From the sequence record LR756502.1: a DNA stretch of 64,000 nt. One strand, 5' to 3'. How positions within the stretch are numbered: the stretch's first letter is position 1; the number at the start of each line of letters is the position of its first letter. Under the pieces are notes generated by a model, which did no database searches, was not told where the DNA came from, and was given only the letters and a program-made list of their open reading frames with translations. A program made the position numbers and the translations under genes. Positions 34,526-44,264 of this stretch are shown here, one piece after another.

Positions 34526-36946
34526 ATGAGTCAAAATACGGGTACATTAGTTTCAAGTGCTATTAGACCAAACGATTCCTTAGATCCGATAGCATCAGCA
34601 TTCGCTAATGAGGTAAAAGGTGGTCACCATGCATATGCTTCGGTAACCGAGAGAAACGCTATTATAGTCGAAAGACGAGAATGGGGTATGCTTACAACTG
34701 TGTATGATGATAATGGTGATGGTTCCACATCATCAAATAATTTGACATATCAATTAAAGCATAATTATATAGATACTGTTATTACTAACAATTTAAATTG
34801 GGTTGAGTTTAGTGGTTCAGGTGGGACTGGGACAACTGATGTTATATCAATAACAGCAACAAGTAGTTTAGGTTTTGCTTATACTGCTTTACCAACTGTG
34901 GCAATTGTATCATACTCAACAGAGGTGATATACCTAACAACATTTGGTATTACAAACTCAGCAAGCGCATCACTTAATATAGATGGACTTGGTGATATTC
35001 CTATTAAAAAGATAACTAGTGTTGGTTTGGCTGATGTTGCTGGTGGTGATCTTATTCCTGATATTAATTACAGTCTTACGTATGATACAAGTAATTTCCA
35101 GGTTGCTATTCCTATTAGTGCTTCATTTAGTGGTAATATAGGACCTGCTGAGGATGGTACATATGATGATGGATTGTACACTGACTTCACACAATATACT
35201 CCAATAGGAACCCCAATAGATAGATTTAATGAAATATTAAAATCACTAGTTCCTCCATCTGCTCCTGACTTATCTGATTGGTCAGGGAGTAAGTCAGGAA
35301 GCGTAACTGGTAAGCTAAGCTTCGATGGTGTTTATGGTATTTCTGGTTCAAGTTATATAAGTGCTACTAATTCACCGACCTCTCCAATATCAGTTGATGG
35401 TACTTGGACTCAAGCTGGTAAGAGGATTGGTATATCTGGCTCAGCGTCATCTGATATTACTGGTATATTAAACTATCAAGTTGTTGCTAATACTAGCGTA
35501 CCAACACCAGCCTATATTGCACAATCATTTGGTGATGCTAATGTTGGTTCACTTAAAATGTATGTCAATGGTATTCTTAAGATATCCGCCTCTATGAGTT
35601 TGGGTAACTTATCTGCATTAGATACAACAACATCTGGTACAACAACCGGATTTAGCGTTTCTGCCGCAACATCTTCCAAATTTCCTGGTGGTGATCCATT
35701 TACTCTATTCTCATATAGAACAGGTACTTGGTTATTGACCGGTGATGATTCTGATATAGTATTGGGTTATAACTATGTTTATGTTGTTCATGATAATAGT
35801 CCTTCTTTTACAAGAACATTGTCAAGATATGAATTTATTATAGATGATAGTACAGCATCCACTATAATATCAGGAGCTACTGTTAGCTCTTATGTATTAA
35901 CTGGTAATAAGGCTCTATCTGGGGTTAGATATTTTACTGGTGGATCACTTAGATATGATGTTTCTGCTGATAATCTTTATAAGAATACATATTACTCTTC
36001 ATCTGATGCTATATCATTTAGTGATCAAAGTGGAGGAACATCACCCATACTAACAGTTAGTGCTACAATTGCACTTGCTAATTGTGTTGGTGATGAATAT
36101 AAGCAATTTAAGATAAGTAACTCTGATCAAAATGGATCATCACTTACATTTAGCATTATAAGTAGTGGTAAGAGAGTATTGAATGATATTATTGGTTTAA
36201 ATTGCACAGCTAAGAGAACAATACAAGGTAATATATCCGGTGGAACTGCTTCTATATATAATGTTTACCTAGATAATGTCTCTTCTTCATCTACCGCTTT
36301 AGTTGAGAACTTTGATGATGAAACATATAGATTATTGGACACCTATTCTGGTCTATCTTATAGTCTAATATCTGATGTTACCGGAAACACATGGAATTCA
36401 GCATACTCTTTAATAAGTGCTACAAGTGGATACTCTGATGGATTACAAGTTTACAATAGTAGACTATATTACCCATCAATATCTTTTAATAGTATAGGAT
36501 CAATAACGACTAATCTGAATTTTGGTGATAGTGGTGTTAATTATTCAACTGCGTCAGGTAGTAGAGTATATATAAGATACTTTAGGCAAGTAACTCCTAC
36601 AACTGGTAACTTTACAATGGTTATTAATGGTAGTACCGGTACATTTGTACCAGTCACTACTTCATTAACTGGTAATAATATACATGTTGAGGTAAAGGCT
36701 CCTGGTGCATCAGTTGGTGAGACTGGTTGGATGGATGCTTATAATGACTTTGCAACTAGTGCTTGGGCTGATGGTGCTGGTGCTAGAAATGCTTCGGGTG
36801 GTGTTGGTAGATCATTTGCAACTACTTGGGGATTAACAATAGGTACAAAAAATACGGCAAATACTTCAGGGTATATGGTTGTTAGAATAACAGTTGGTTC
36901 ATCATTTGCTGGATATTTTGATAGCATTACTTGGACGTTTGCATAA
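34526..36946 (+). CDS. Virion structural protein, 806 aa
   Basis: S/T/G-rich; N-terminal module shared with 38642..41323. Confidence 0.65.
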   Translation: MSQNTGTLVSSAIRPNDSLDPIASAFANEVKGGHHAYASVTERNAIIVERREWGMLTTVYDDNGDGSTSSNNLTYQLKHNYIDTVITNNLNWVEFSGSGGTGTTDVISITATSSLGFAYTALPTVAIVSYSTEVIYLTTFGITNSASASLNIDGLGDIPIKKITSVGLADVAGGDLIPDINYSLTYDTSNFQVAIPISASFSGNIGPAEDGTYDDGLYTDFTQYTPIGTPIDRFNEILKSLVPPSAPDLSDWSGSKSGSVTGKLSFDGVYGISGSSYISATNSPTSPISVDGTWTQAGKRIGISGSASSDITGILNYQVVANTSVPTPAYIAQSFGDANVGSLKMYVNGILKISASMSLGNLSALDTTTSGTTTGFSVSAATSSKFPGGDPFTLFSYRTGTWLLTGDDSDIVLGYNYVYVVHDNSPSFTRTLSRYEFIIDDSTASTIISGATVSSYVLTGNKALSGVRYFTGGSLRYDVSADNLYKNTYYSSSDAISFSDQSGGTSPILTVSATIALANCVGDEYKQFKISNSDQNGSSLTFSIISSGKRVLNDIIGLNCTAKRTIQGNISGGTASIYNVYLDNVSSSSTALVENFDDETYRLLDTYSGLSYSLISDVTGNTWNSAYSLISATSGYSDGLQVYNSRLYYPSISFNSIGSITTNLNFGDSGVNYSTASGSRVYIRYFRQVTPTTGNFTMVINGSTGTFVPVTTSLTGNNIHVEVKAPGASVGETGWMDAYNDFATSAWADGAGARNASGGVGRSFATTWGLTIGTKNTANTSGYMVVRITVGSSFAGYFDSITWTFA

Positions 36947-36965
36947 AATAAAGATATAATAAAAA

Positions 36966-38609
36966 ATGGCATTGACATTTTCAACACAAGCAGTTATAGC
37001 ATTTAAGAACTTATCTGGTAAATCAAATACTGATGTTACTAGTAAGGGAGTTAATAATGAGGCGGAGGGTATATTCTTTAATATAGACTCAAATAATATT
37101 TGGACTAGTCAGATATCATTGACTCCTAGTGTTGCTGTTTCCATTGGTTCTGCTATTTTTGTTACAGCTAGTTTGGTTGTAGATAGTACTTCAAATGGAC
37201 ATGCATACTTTGCTCAGTGGCCTACAACACCACCAAGTGGAACTGATCCTGTGACTTTAGCTATCTATACATATGGAACTGGACTTTTATCCGGTATATC
37301 ATCTGGTGATAGAGTTAGAGATGCTATTCCTCCATCATATGGATATTTATACGAAGCTAAACCTTACATATCAGGTCCTACTCTTATACCTCCTGGTGAT
37401 CCAAGAAATTGGATATATCAATATAATTCGGGTGTGTTTTTTCAACAAGATATTGTTGGCTCTTCACCATCGACAATAAACATATATGCTTATACCGGTA
37501 ATAATTTAAGTGATCAACAATCGGTATCATCTACTAATATAAGAGTTTCCGCTACTGGTATTGATACCTATTATGGAGTTGCTACACCATCCATCGCTAC
37601 CTATTCAATAACTGACCTTTATTTAGTTGACTTTAATAACACAAATACTGGTGTTACTGTATCTTTAAATATTGATGGCCTTGGATATTATGATGTTATT
37701 AAATTTGATGAGAGTGGTCCAATTGGTTTAACTGGTGGTGGTGAGATAAATATTGGTCAAATCTATTATGTTACTTGGGATGGTGCTAATTTTCAACTAT
37801 TTGATAATAATCCTTCTTCATCTTCTCCTGTTACTTATACCAATCCAGCTCCAGTACCAACAACAATTGGTGGTATTGTTGCTGGTATGACATTTAGTGA
37901 TACTACAATGAAGCAGATGTGGGATTTATTATTATATCCATATCAACAACCAAACTTTACTGCTTTTACATTTAATCCTCTTGGTGGATTTACAAGGGAA
38001 GTTGGTAACTCAATAACCGCTGGTACATATTCATTTATCTGGACAATTAGTTATCCGGCAAATGTTGCTGTTAATAGTGTATCTATAAAGGACATAACAA
38101 CACCATATACACTTATATCAGGAACTGCTAATGATGGCATTGCTGGGTTGACATTGAGTACAATAAATAAAACAACTGCTGCTTCACATCAATGGAAGGC
38201 AAGTGCTGTAAGAACAAATGGTACACTTATAACAAGCACATTAACATCTACTTGGTATTGGAGAAGATTTAATGGAACCCAATCAGCAACTTCGTTAACT
38301 GCTTCTCAAATACAGTCACTATCTGTTACTGCTTTGGCTGCGAATAGAACAGGAACATATGTTTTTGGTGTTGTTGGGTATAAGTATTTCGCATGGCCTA
38401 CTGCTTTTGGTACTCCGCTACTATTTAGAGATAATAGTACTAACTTAGCGGTTGCTATGGCTGGTGTTGCTGAGGGATATACAACCGCTGTTGGTACATA
38501 TTATGCTCAGATAGTTTCTGTGACGAATACATATGGAATAACAACCAATTACTATGTTTTTAGAAGTAAGAATATATTAGGTGGGTCAATAAATATTGTA
38601 GTAACATAA
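36966..38609 (+). CDS. Virion structural protein, 547 aa
   Basis: Mosaic of modules also found in the two upstream genes. Confidence 0.65.
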   Translation: MALTFSTQAVIAFKNLSGKSNTDVTSKGVNNEAEGIFFNIDSNNIWTSQISLTPSVAVSIGSAIFVTASLVVDSTSNGHAYFAQWPTTPPSGTDPVTLAIYTYGTGLLSGISSGDRVRDAIPPSYGYLYEAKPYISGPTLIPPGDPRNWIYQYNSGVFFQQDIVGSSPSTINIYAYTGNNLSDQQSVSSTNIRVSATGIDTYYGVATPSIATYSITDLYLVDFNNTNTGVTVSLNIDGLGYYDVIKFDESGPIGLTGGGEINIGQIYYVTWDGANFQLFDNNPSSSSPVTYTNPAPVPTTIGGIVAGMTFSDTTMKQMWDLLLYPYQQPNFTAFTFNPLGGFTREVGNSITAGTYSFIWTISYPANVAVNSVSIKDITTPYTLISGTANDGIAGLTLSTINKTTAASHQWKASAVRTNGTLITSTLTSTWYWRRFNGTQSATSLTASQIQSLSVTALAANRTGTYVFGVVGYKYFAWPTAFGTPLLFRDNSTNLAVAMAGVAEGYTTAVGTYYAQIVSVTNTYGITTNYYVFRSKNILGGSINIVVT

Positions 38610-38615
38610 TATATA
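38607..38615 (+). promoter_or_regulatory. Putative late promoter TAATATATA
   Basis: Exact motif upstream of ATG 38642. Confidence 0.6.
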
Positions 38616-38641
38616 GAAAGTATGAAAAATAATAATAATAA

Positions 38642-41323
38642 ATGTCTTTAATACCTGGTTCGATTCCTGTTACTGGTTTTATCGCCCCAACAGACACAAC
38701 GGATACATATCCGGTTACTGATGCTATCTATGGTATAGATGGGATGAGGAACGTTGCTGATTATACTGAAAGGGATAATATTTCTCTGGAGAGAAGAAGA
38801 GCGGGTATGGTTGTTGGTACTATAAATGATGGTAAATATTGGAGGCTAAAAAACCAAGCATGGACACTTGGTAGTCCTTCTGATTGGGAGTTATTTCTAC
38901 AAGTAGGTCCAAGTGGATCAGTTATAAGCACTGGTCTTAAATATTATATTGAAGCGAGTGATGATATATCAGTTCCTTCAAACACACAATATTGGATATA
39001 TGGAGATCTAACAGTTGCTGGTCAACTAACAAATAATGGCCAAGTTGTAATAGCAAATGGTACTATGAGTATAGTGGGTGGTACATTTTCAAACTTTGGA
39101 TCACTTATATATGTTAGTTTGACATCATCAAGTATTCCTTCATCAAGTAACATATTTACCAATACAACAACTATTGGATTTACTTATAGTGGGTCAACTG
39201 TATCCGCAAATGTTTTACCTGGTTCCTTAACAGCATCTCTTCTTAATACTGCTGGTGGATATGCAACGGCTGGATATTATTTATCTGTTGATGTTCTTGG
39301 TAGATTTAAGTGGGTTGGTCCAACATCAATTGCTGTTTCTGGTGGTACTCAAGGTTTATCTAGTGTGTTGACTGAAAGTAATGTTACTGGTCCCTTTGAT
39401 ATTATAATATCAGAAACACAGAGCATTAAATCAGCTACCGGTGGTGGTCAAATAAATTTCGATTGGAATAGCAACCCTAGTTATGTTGCTATATCATCTG
39501 ACTCCGGTAATGGATTGGAGGGCTTATTGGAGGTAAGTGCTGGATATTCCGCATTGACTACACTTGAATACTTTATGGGAGTTGAGTTATTTCAAGATAT
39601 TGGAGTTGGTGAAAATATAACAAATCTTTGGAGTACTGGTACAAATAGTGTTATTAATATTGGTGTTTCTAGAACATATTCTCCATTCTATGATGAGTAT
39701 CAGGATATAACAATCAGAGAGAGTTCGGCTACCGCCTCGGTCACCAATAACAACAGAAATTCAATATTTATTGGTACTAGAAACTCAACAATAAATGCTG
39801 GATTGACAAATTCTGTAATAATATCAGGTAGTGATATTTTAGCTACTCAATCAAACACTTTATATACTGCTAATTTTAAATTATATGGTAGTGTGCTTGG
39901 TAAATATACAATTCAACCAAACCTTACTGTTGGTTTTGATGACCTTACTTTAGTAACTAAAGGTTGGGTTGATGGTAGAATATCATCCAGTGCGAGTATT
40001 TCCGGTGTTTCCGGTGTTACCGCAGGTGATGGTTTGTCTGGTGGAGGAACTGGATATATTACACTAAATGTAAACACTGGTAATGGATTATCAATTTTGA
40101 GTGATAGTGTTGTATTAGGTGGCACTCTATCACAACAAACAACAATTCATGGTAATAATAATGGATTATTAATAGATAATTTAAGTACTTCTGGTGGTGC
40201 TGTTATATCACTCACTGGTGGTAATACTTTTCTAAACTTACAAAAAGGTTGGGCATCATTATCGGATTTAACATTTGGTGGAGCTGCTGAGTTGGTTGCT
40301 GGTGTTGGTCAAGCTGTTGGTTCATTTGCATCTGATCTTAATGGTCATGTTGATATGTCTGTTGGTCTTGGTATTAATAGGGCAAGAATTCAAATGTGGA
40401 CAGCAAGTGGTGTTCACGGCGCTGGTGACGGTTCTGTTAACAATAATATGGTTGTTTCTGATGGAATTGGTAGTAAAGGATTGGTTTATGGTGGCAGCTA
40501 TTCTGCTAATTTTACTACATATTCACTTGTTACAAAGGAATATGTTGATCTGGGAATATCTAGTGGTAGTAACGTAGTATATTCTGGATCAGGATTGACA
40601 TCAAGTGGAACAACCGCTTCTAGAACAATCCATCTAGGTGGTGTGTTGACTCAAAATGCTATATTTGATGGATATTATGACGTTACCTTCGGTAATATTG
40701 TGCCTTTATCCTGGTTCTTCACTAAGGTTGGTGTTGGTGTAACCGCCTCACAAATAGAAATAATACAAAGTGAGATAGACATTGTTACTTTCACTGGATC
40801 AAGTGCGTCAAGAATACATTTCTATTCTAGTGGATCTTCAATAAGTGATTCATCTGTAAATAATTCAATGGTAGTTACTGATGATATCTATAATAAAGGT
40901 CTTGTTTATAACAATGATTATTCTGGTAGTTTTACAAACAACTCACTTGTTACAAAGCTATGGGTTGATAATAGAGTTACTGCTAGTTTTAGTAGTAATA
41001 AAATGTCGGTTAATGATAAATTCCTTCTAGCTGTTGATGCTGTTGGTGATGGTCAATTTTCCGGTGGTGTAATAACAAGTACTCCAGTTGATGGTTGTTA
41101 TGTAGCTGTTTATATAAATGGTCAGGAATTTGAAGTTGGTAATGGAGTGACTAATAGTGTCTCAAGTTACTTTAGTGGGAATGGTGGTGCTAGTGCTAGA
41201 GGTTTTTACTCATCACACCCAAATGGTCGAGTTCAGGCGGGAGATAGTTTATATTGGAATGAAAATTTTGCTGGCACTGACCTAAAGAGTGGTTGGAGAA
41301 TATCTCTACATTATTTAATCTAA
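38642..41323 (+). CDS. Tail fibre-like protein, 893 aa
   Basis: LVTKxxVD fibre knots and AGDGLSGGG repeats; shares a ~150-aa module with the collagen fibre. Confidence 0.7.
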   Translation: MSLIPGSIPVTGFIAPTDTTDTYPVTDAIYGIDGMRNVADYTERDNISLERRRAGMVVGTINDGKYWRLKNQAWTLGSPSDWELFLQVGPSGSVISTGLKYYIEASDDISVPSNTQYWIYGDLTVAGQLTNNGQVVIANGTMSIVGGTFSNFGSLIYVSLTSSSIPSSSNIFTNTTTIGFTYSGSTVSANVLPGSLTASLLNTAGGYATAGYYLSVDVLGRFKWVGPTSIAVSGGTQGLSSVLTESNVTGPFDIIISETQSIKSATGGGQINFDWNSNPSYVAISSDSGNGLEGLLEVSAGYSALTTLEYFMGVELFQDIGVGENITNLWSTGTNSVINIGVSRTYSPFYDEYQDITIRESSATASVTNNNRNSIFIGTRNSTINAGLTNSVIISGSDILATQSNTLYTANFKLYGSVLGKYTIQPNLTVGFDDLTLVTKGWVDGRISSSASISGVSGVTAGDGLSGGGTGYITLNVNTGNGLSILSDSVVLGGTLSQQTTIHGNNNGLLIDNLSTSGGAVISLTGGNTFLNLQKGWASLSDLTFGGAAELVAGVGQAVGSFASDLNGHVDMSVGLGINRARIQMWTASGVHGAGDGSVNNNMVVSDGIGSKGLVYGGSYSANFTTYSLVTKEYVDLGISSGSNVVYSGSGLTSSGTTASRTIHLGGVLTQNAIFDGYYDVTFGNIVPLSWFFTKVGVGVTASQIEIIQSEIDIVTFTGSSASRIHFYSSGSSISDSSVNNSMVVTDDIYNKGLVYNNDYSGSFTNNSLVTKLWVDNRVTASFSSNKMSVNDKFLLAVDAVGDGQFSGGVITSTPVDGCYVAVYINGQEFEVGNGVTNSVSSYFSGNGGASARGFYSSHPNGRVQAGDSLYWNENFAGTDLKSGWRISLHYLI

Positions 41324-41386
41324 ATAGATAAAAACGGAATATGTAATTGAATATATAGAATAAGTTAAAAAAATAATAATATAAAT

Positions 41387-44146
41387 ATGCCATTATTGAA
41401 CGGTAAACAGCTACAGAATACATCAGTAACTCTTAATAAAATGTATGGTACAGGGTCATTGGTACTGCAAACCGGAGCTGTTCTACAGTTACCAACGGTT
41501 AATATTGTTAACCCAACCGATGTTGTTAATAAGGCATATGTTGATGGTGTTGCAATTGGTATGAATGTGCACTTGGCTTGTAAAGTCGCAACAACTGGTA
41601 CTATTTCGCTTACAACTGGTACTGTTTCTCCTGTCATTGATGGTGTTACAATGTCTTATAATGATAGAATTCTTGTTTGGCAGCAAAGTTCAAACCCACA
41701 AAATGGTATTTATGTTTTTACTGGTCTTACTGCTGGTTCTTCTGGTACTTTTTCTAGATCAAGTGATATGGATGGTAGTACATCCTTTGATACTCCAACA
41801 ATTGGCGATTATACATTTATAACTAATGGTAATACATTAGCTGGTAATGGATATGTTATTGTTCCAAGTGGAACATACTCAAGTGGTCTATTAACTCCTC
41901 TTAACGTTGCTCCGGTTGTTTGGTCTTTATTTACAGGTCCTGGTATATTTACATGGGGTAATGGACTAAATAATACTGGTAATATTATAAACGTTGAGCT
42001 AGCTGGTGGTGGTGGTTTAACATTCTCTGCTACTAACCTGACAATAGATTCATCAATTGCTGGAAATGGTTTAGCATGGACAACAGGTGTTTTAAGTGTT
42101 AACGTATCGAATGGTCTTTCTATTATAACTGATACTGTTCAAGTTGATAACTCAATAGCTGGTACTGGATTAACATTCTCTGCTGGTATCTTAAGTATTA
42201 AAAATACAGCTGTCACTCCATCTACATATGGTTCAACAAATTCAGTTGGTTCAGTAACATTTAATCAACAGGGTCAAGCAATAGCAGCAACCGCTGTTTC
42301 AATTGTTCTAAACGCACTTGCTAACATAAACAACTTTACTGCATCAGCTATTACATCAGTATTAGCGGCTGCTAACTTTACAGATACCGCAACGATAGAT
42401 TTAACTGCAAACAGTTCAACTGTAAATGCTAACATTATTGTTGGGTCAATAACCGCATCTTTACTTAATGCAACAGCATTTACATCATCAATGTCTGGAT
42501 ATCTTGTTAGTGTTACCGCTACTGGTTCATTCGCGTATGTACCAACCGGTGGTGGTGTTACTTCTGTTATTGGTGGTACTGGAATATCTGTAAATGGTAC
42601 AACAGTAGCAACTGTATCAATTGCTAACACTGGTGTTGTCGCTGCACAATATGGTTCAACAAACTCTGTTTCTCAAGTAACTTTTAACTTACAAGGTCAG
42701 GCTACTTCAGCTACTTCAGTTTCAATTGTTCTAAACGCATTATCAAATATAAACAACTTTACTGCATCAGCTATTACTTCTGTATTAGCATCGGCTAACT
42801 TTACTGATACAGCAACAATCGATTTAACCGCAAATGGTTCAACTGTAAATGCTGCAATTATTGTCGGTTCTATAACCGCTTCACTTTTAATGGCTAATGG
42901 TGGAGCAACCGCTGGATTGGTACTAAGTGCTGGTCCAACTGGTTCATTTAACTGGATCTCAAGTACTACTGGTGCTATAGTTAGTGTGAACAGTGGTACT
43001 GGTATATCAGTTAATACATCTGCTGGTAGTGGTAACGCAACCGTTTCAATAAACAATACTGGTGTTGTTGCCGCTCAATATGGTTCAACAAACTCAGTAT
43101 CTCAAGTAACCTTCAACTTACAAGGTCAAGCGACATCAGCAACATCCGTTTCAATTGTTCTAAACGCACTTGCTAACATAAACAACTTTACTGCATCAGC
43201 TATTACATCAGTATTAGCGGCTGCTAACTTTACAGATACCGCAACGATAGATTTAACTGCAAACAGTTCAACTGTAAATGCTAATATTATTGTAAACTCA
43301 ATAACTGCATCATTGCTTAATACAAACAGTGGTGGAGCAACTGCTGGTTATGTTTTAAGTGTTGGTTCAACTGGATCATTCTTATGGGTACCGAATACAG
43401 TCGGAAGTATAACCGCTGTGAATGGTGGTACTGGTATATCTGTCTTAACATCAGCTGGTAGTGGAAATGCAACTGTCTCAATTGCTAATACTGGTGTTGT
43501 CGCTGCACAATATGGTTCAACAAACTCTGTTTCTCAAGTAACCTTCAACTTACAAGGTCAAGCGACATCAGCAACATCCGTTTCAATTGTTCTAAACGCA
43601 CTTGCTAACATAAACAACTTTACTGCATCAGCTATTACTTCTGTATTAGCATCCGCAAACTTTGTAGATAGCGCAACTATCGACTTTACCGCAAACAGTT
43701 CAACCGTTACTGCAGTGATTGTTCCTGGATCTATAACAGCATCTCTATTAAGTGTTCAAAGTGGTGGAGCAACCGCTGGATACTTCTTAAGTGTTAGTGC
43801 TACTGGTTCATTTATTTGGTCTCCATCAAGTGCTGTTGTTGGTACTCCATTATATACACAAAGAAATGTTACACCAGCCGCAACTACTGGTAATGGATCG
43901 TCAACTGGTATTACTCTTACATTTACACCAGATCCTGATATAAATGTCTCTGTTTATCTAAACGGTCAGTTAATGTTCCTTGGTAATGGAGTTACAAACT
44001 CTGTAGACTGTTATTTCGGTACATCACCAATTGCCGCTGTTGCTATTGCATCATTAGTAGCAACCAATACACTATATTGGAATGGTACATACATTGGATA
44101 TGACTTAGATACCAATGATAGAATTGATATTCTTTATAATAAATAA
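41387..44146 (+). CDS. Tail fibre protein with four ~142-aa internal repeats
   Basis: DVVNKAYVD...ACKVATT...IDGV...DRILV..Q...QNGIYV fibre domain; GNGL repeats. Confidence 0.8.
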   Translation: MPLLNGKQLQNTSVTLNKMYGTGSLVLQTGAVLQLPTVNIVNPTDVVNKAYVDGVAIGMNVHLACKVATTGTISLTTGTVSPVIDGVTMSYNDRILVWQQSSNPQNGIYVFTGLTAGSSGTFSRSSDMDGSTSFDTPTIGDYTFITNGNTLAGNGYVIVPSGTYSSGLLTPLNVAPVVWSLFTGPGIFTWGNGLNNTGNIINVELAGGGGLTFSATNLTIDSSIAGNGLAWTTGVLSVNVSNGLSIITDTVQVDNSIAGTGLTFSAGILSIKNTAVTPSTYGSTNSVGSVTFNQQGQAIAATAVSIVLNALANINNFTASAITSVLAAANFTDTATIDLTANSSTVNANIIVGSITASLLNATAFTSSMSGYLVSVTATGSFAYVPTGGGVTSVIGGTGISVNGTTVATVSIANTGVVAAQYGSTNSVSQVTFNLQGQATSATSVSIVLNALSNINNFTASAITSVLASANFTDTATIDLTANGSTVNAAIIVGSITASLLMANGGATAGLVLSAGPTGSFNWISSTTGAIVSVNSGTGISVNTSAGSGNATVSINNTGVVAAQYGSTNSVSQVTFNLQGQATSATSVSIVLNALANINNFTASAITSVLAAANFTDTATIDLTANSSTVNANIIVNSITASLLNTNSGGATAGYVLSVGSTGSFLWVPNTVGSITAVNGGTGISVLTSAGSGNATVSIANTGVVAAQYGSTNSVSQVTFNLQGQATSATSVSIVLNALANINNFTASAITSVLASANFVDSATIDFTANSSTVTAVIVPGSITASLLSVQSGGATAGYFLSVSATGSFIWSPSSAVVGTPLYTQRNVTPAATTGNGSSTGITLTFTPDPDINVSVYLNGQLMFLGNGVTNSVDCYFGTSPIAAVAIASLVATNTLYWNGTYIGYDLDTNDRIDILYNK
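42203..43800 (+). repeat. Four ~423-432-nt tandem repeats
   Basis: Copies start at ~42203, 42626, 43055 and 43487; further copies at ~44928 and ~46104 in the next gene. Confidence 0.9.
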
Positions 44147-44167
44147 TTAAATATCTTATAGATATAT

Positions 44168-44196
44168 AAAAAGGTGAGATTTAATCTCACCTTTTT
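44168..44196 (+). terminator. Intrinsic terminator
   Basis: aaaaaggtgagatt-t-aatctcaccttttt hairpin after 44146. Confidence 0.8.
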
Positions 44197-44228
44197 TGCT
44201 TTTAATAAAAATTACAGAAGTAGCGAAT

Positions 44229-44237
44229 TAATATATA
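44229..44237 (+). promoter_or_regulatory. Putative late promoter TAATATATA
   Basis: Exact motif upstream of ATG 44265. Confidence 0.65.
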
Positions 44238-44264
44238 GACATATATAATAAAAATAAAATCTAA

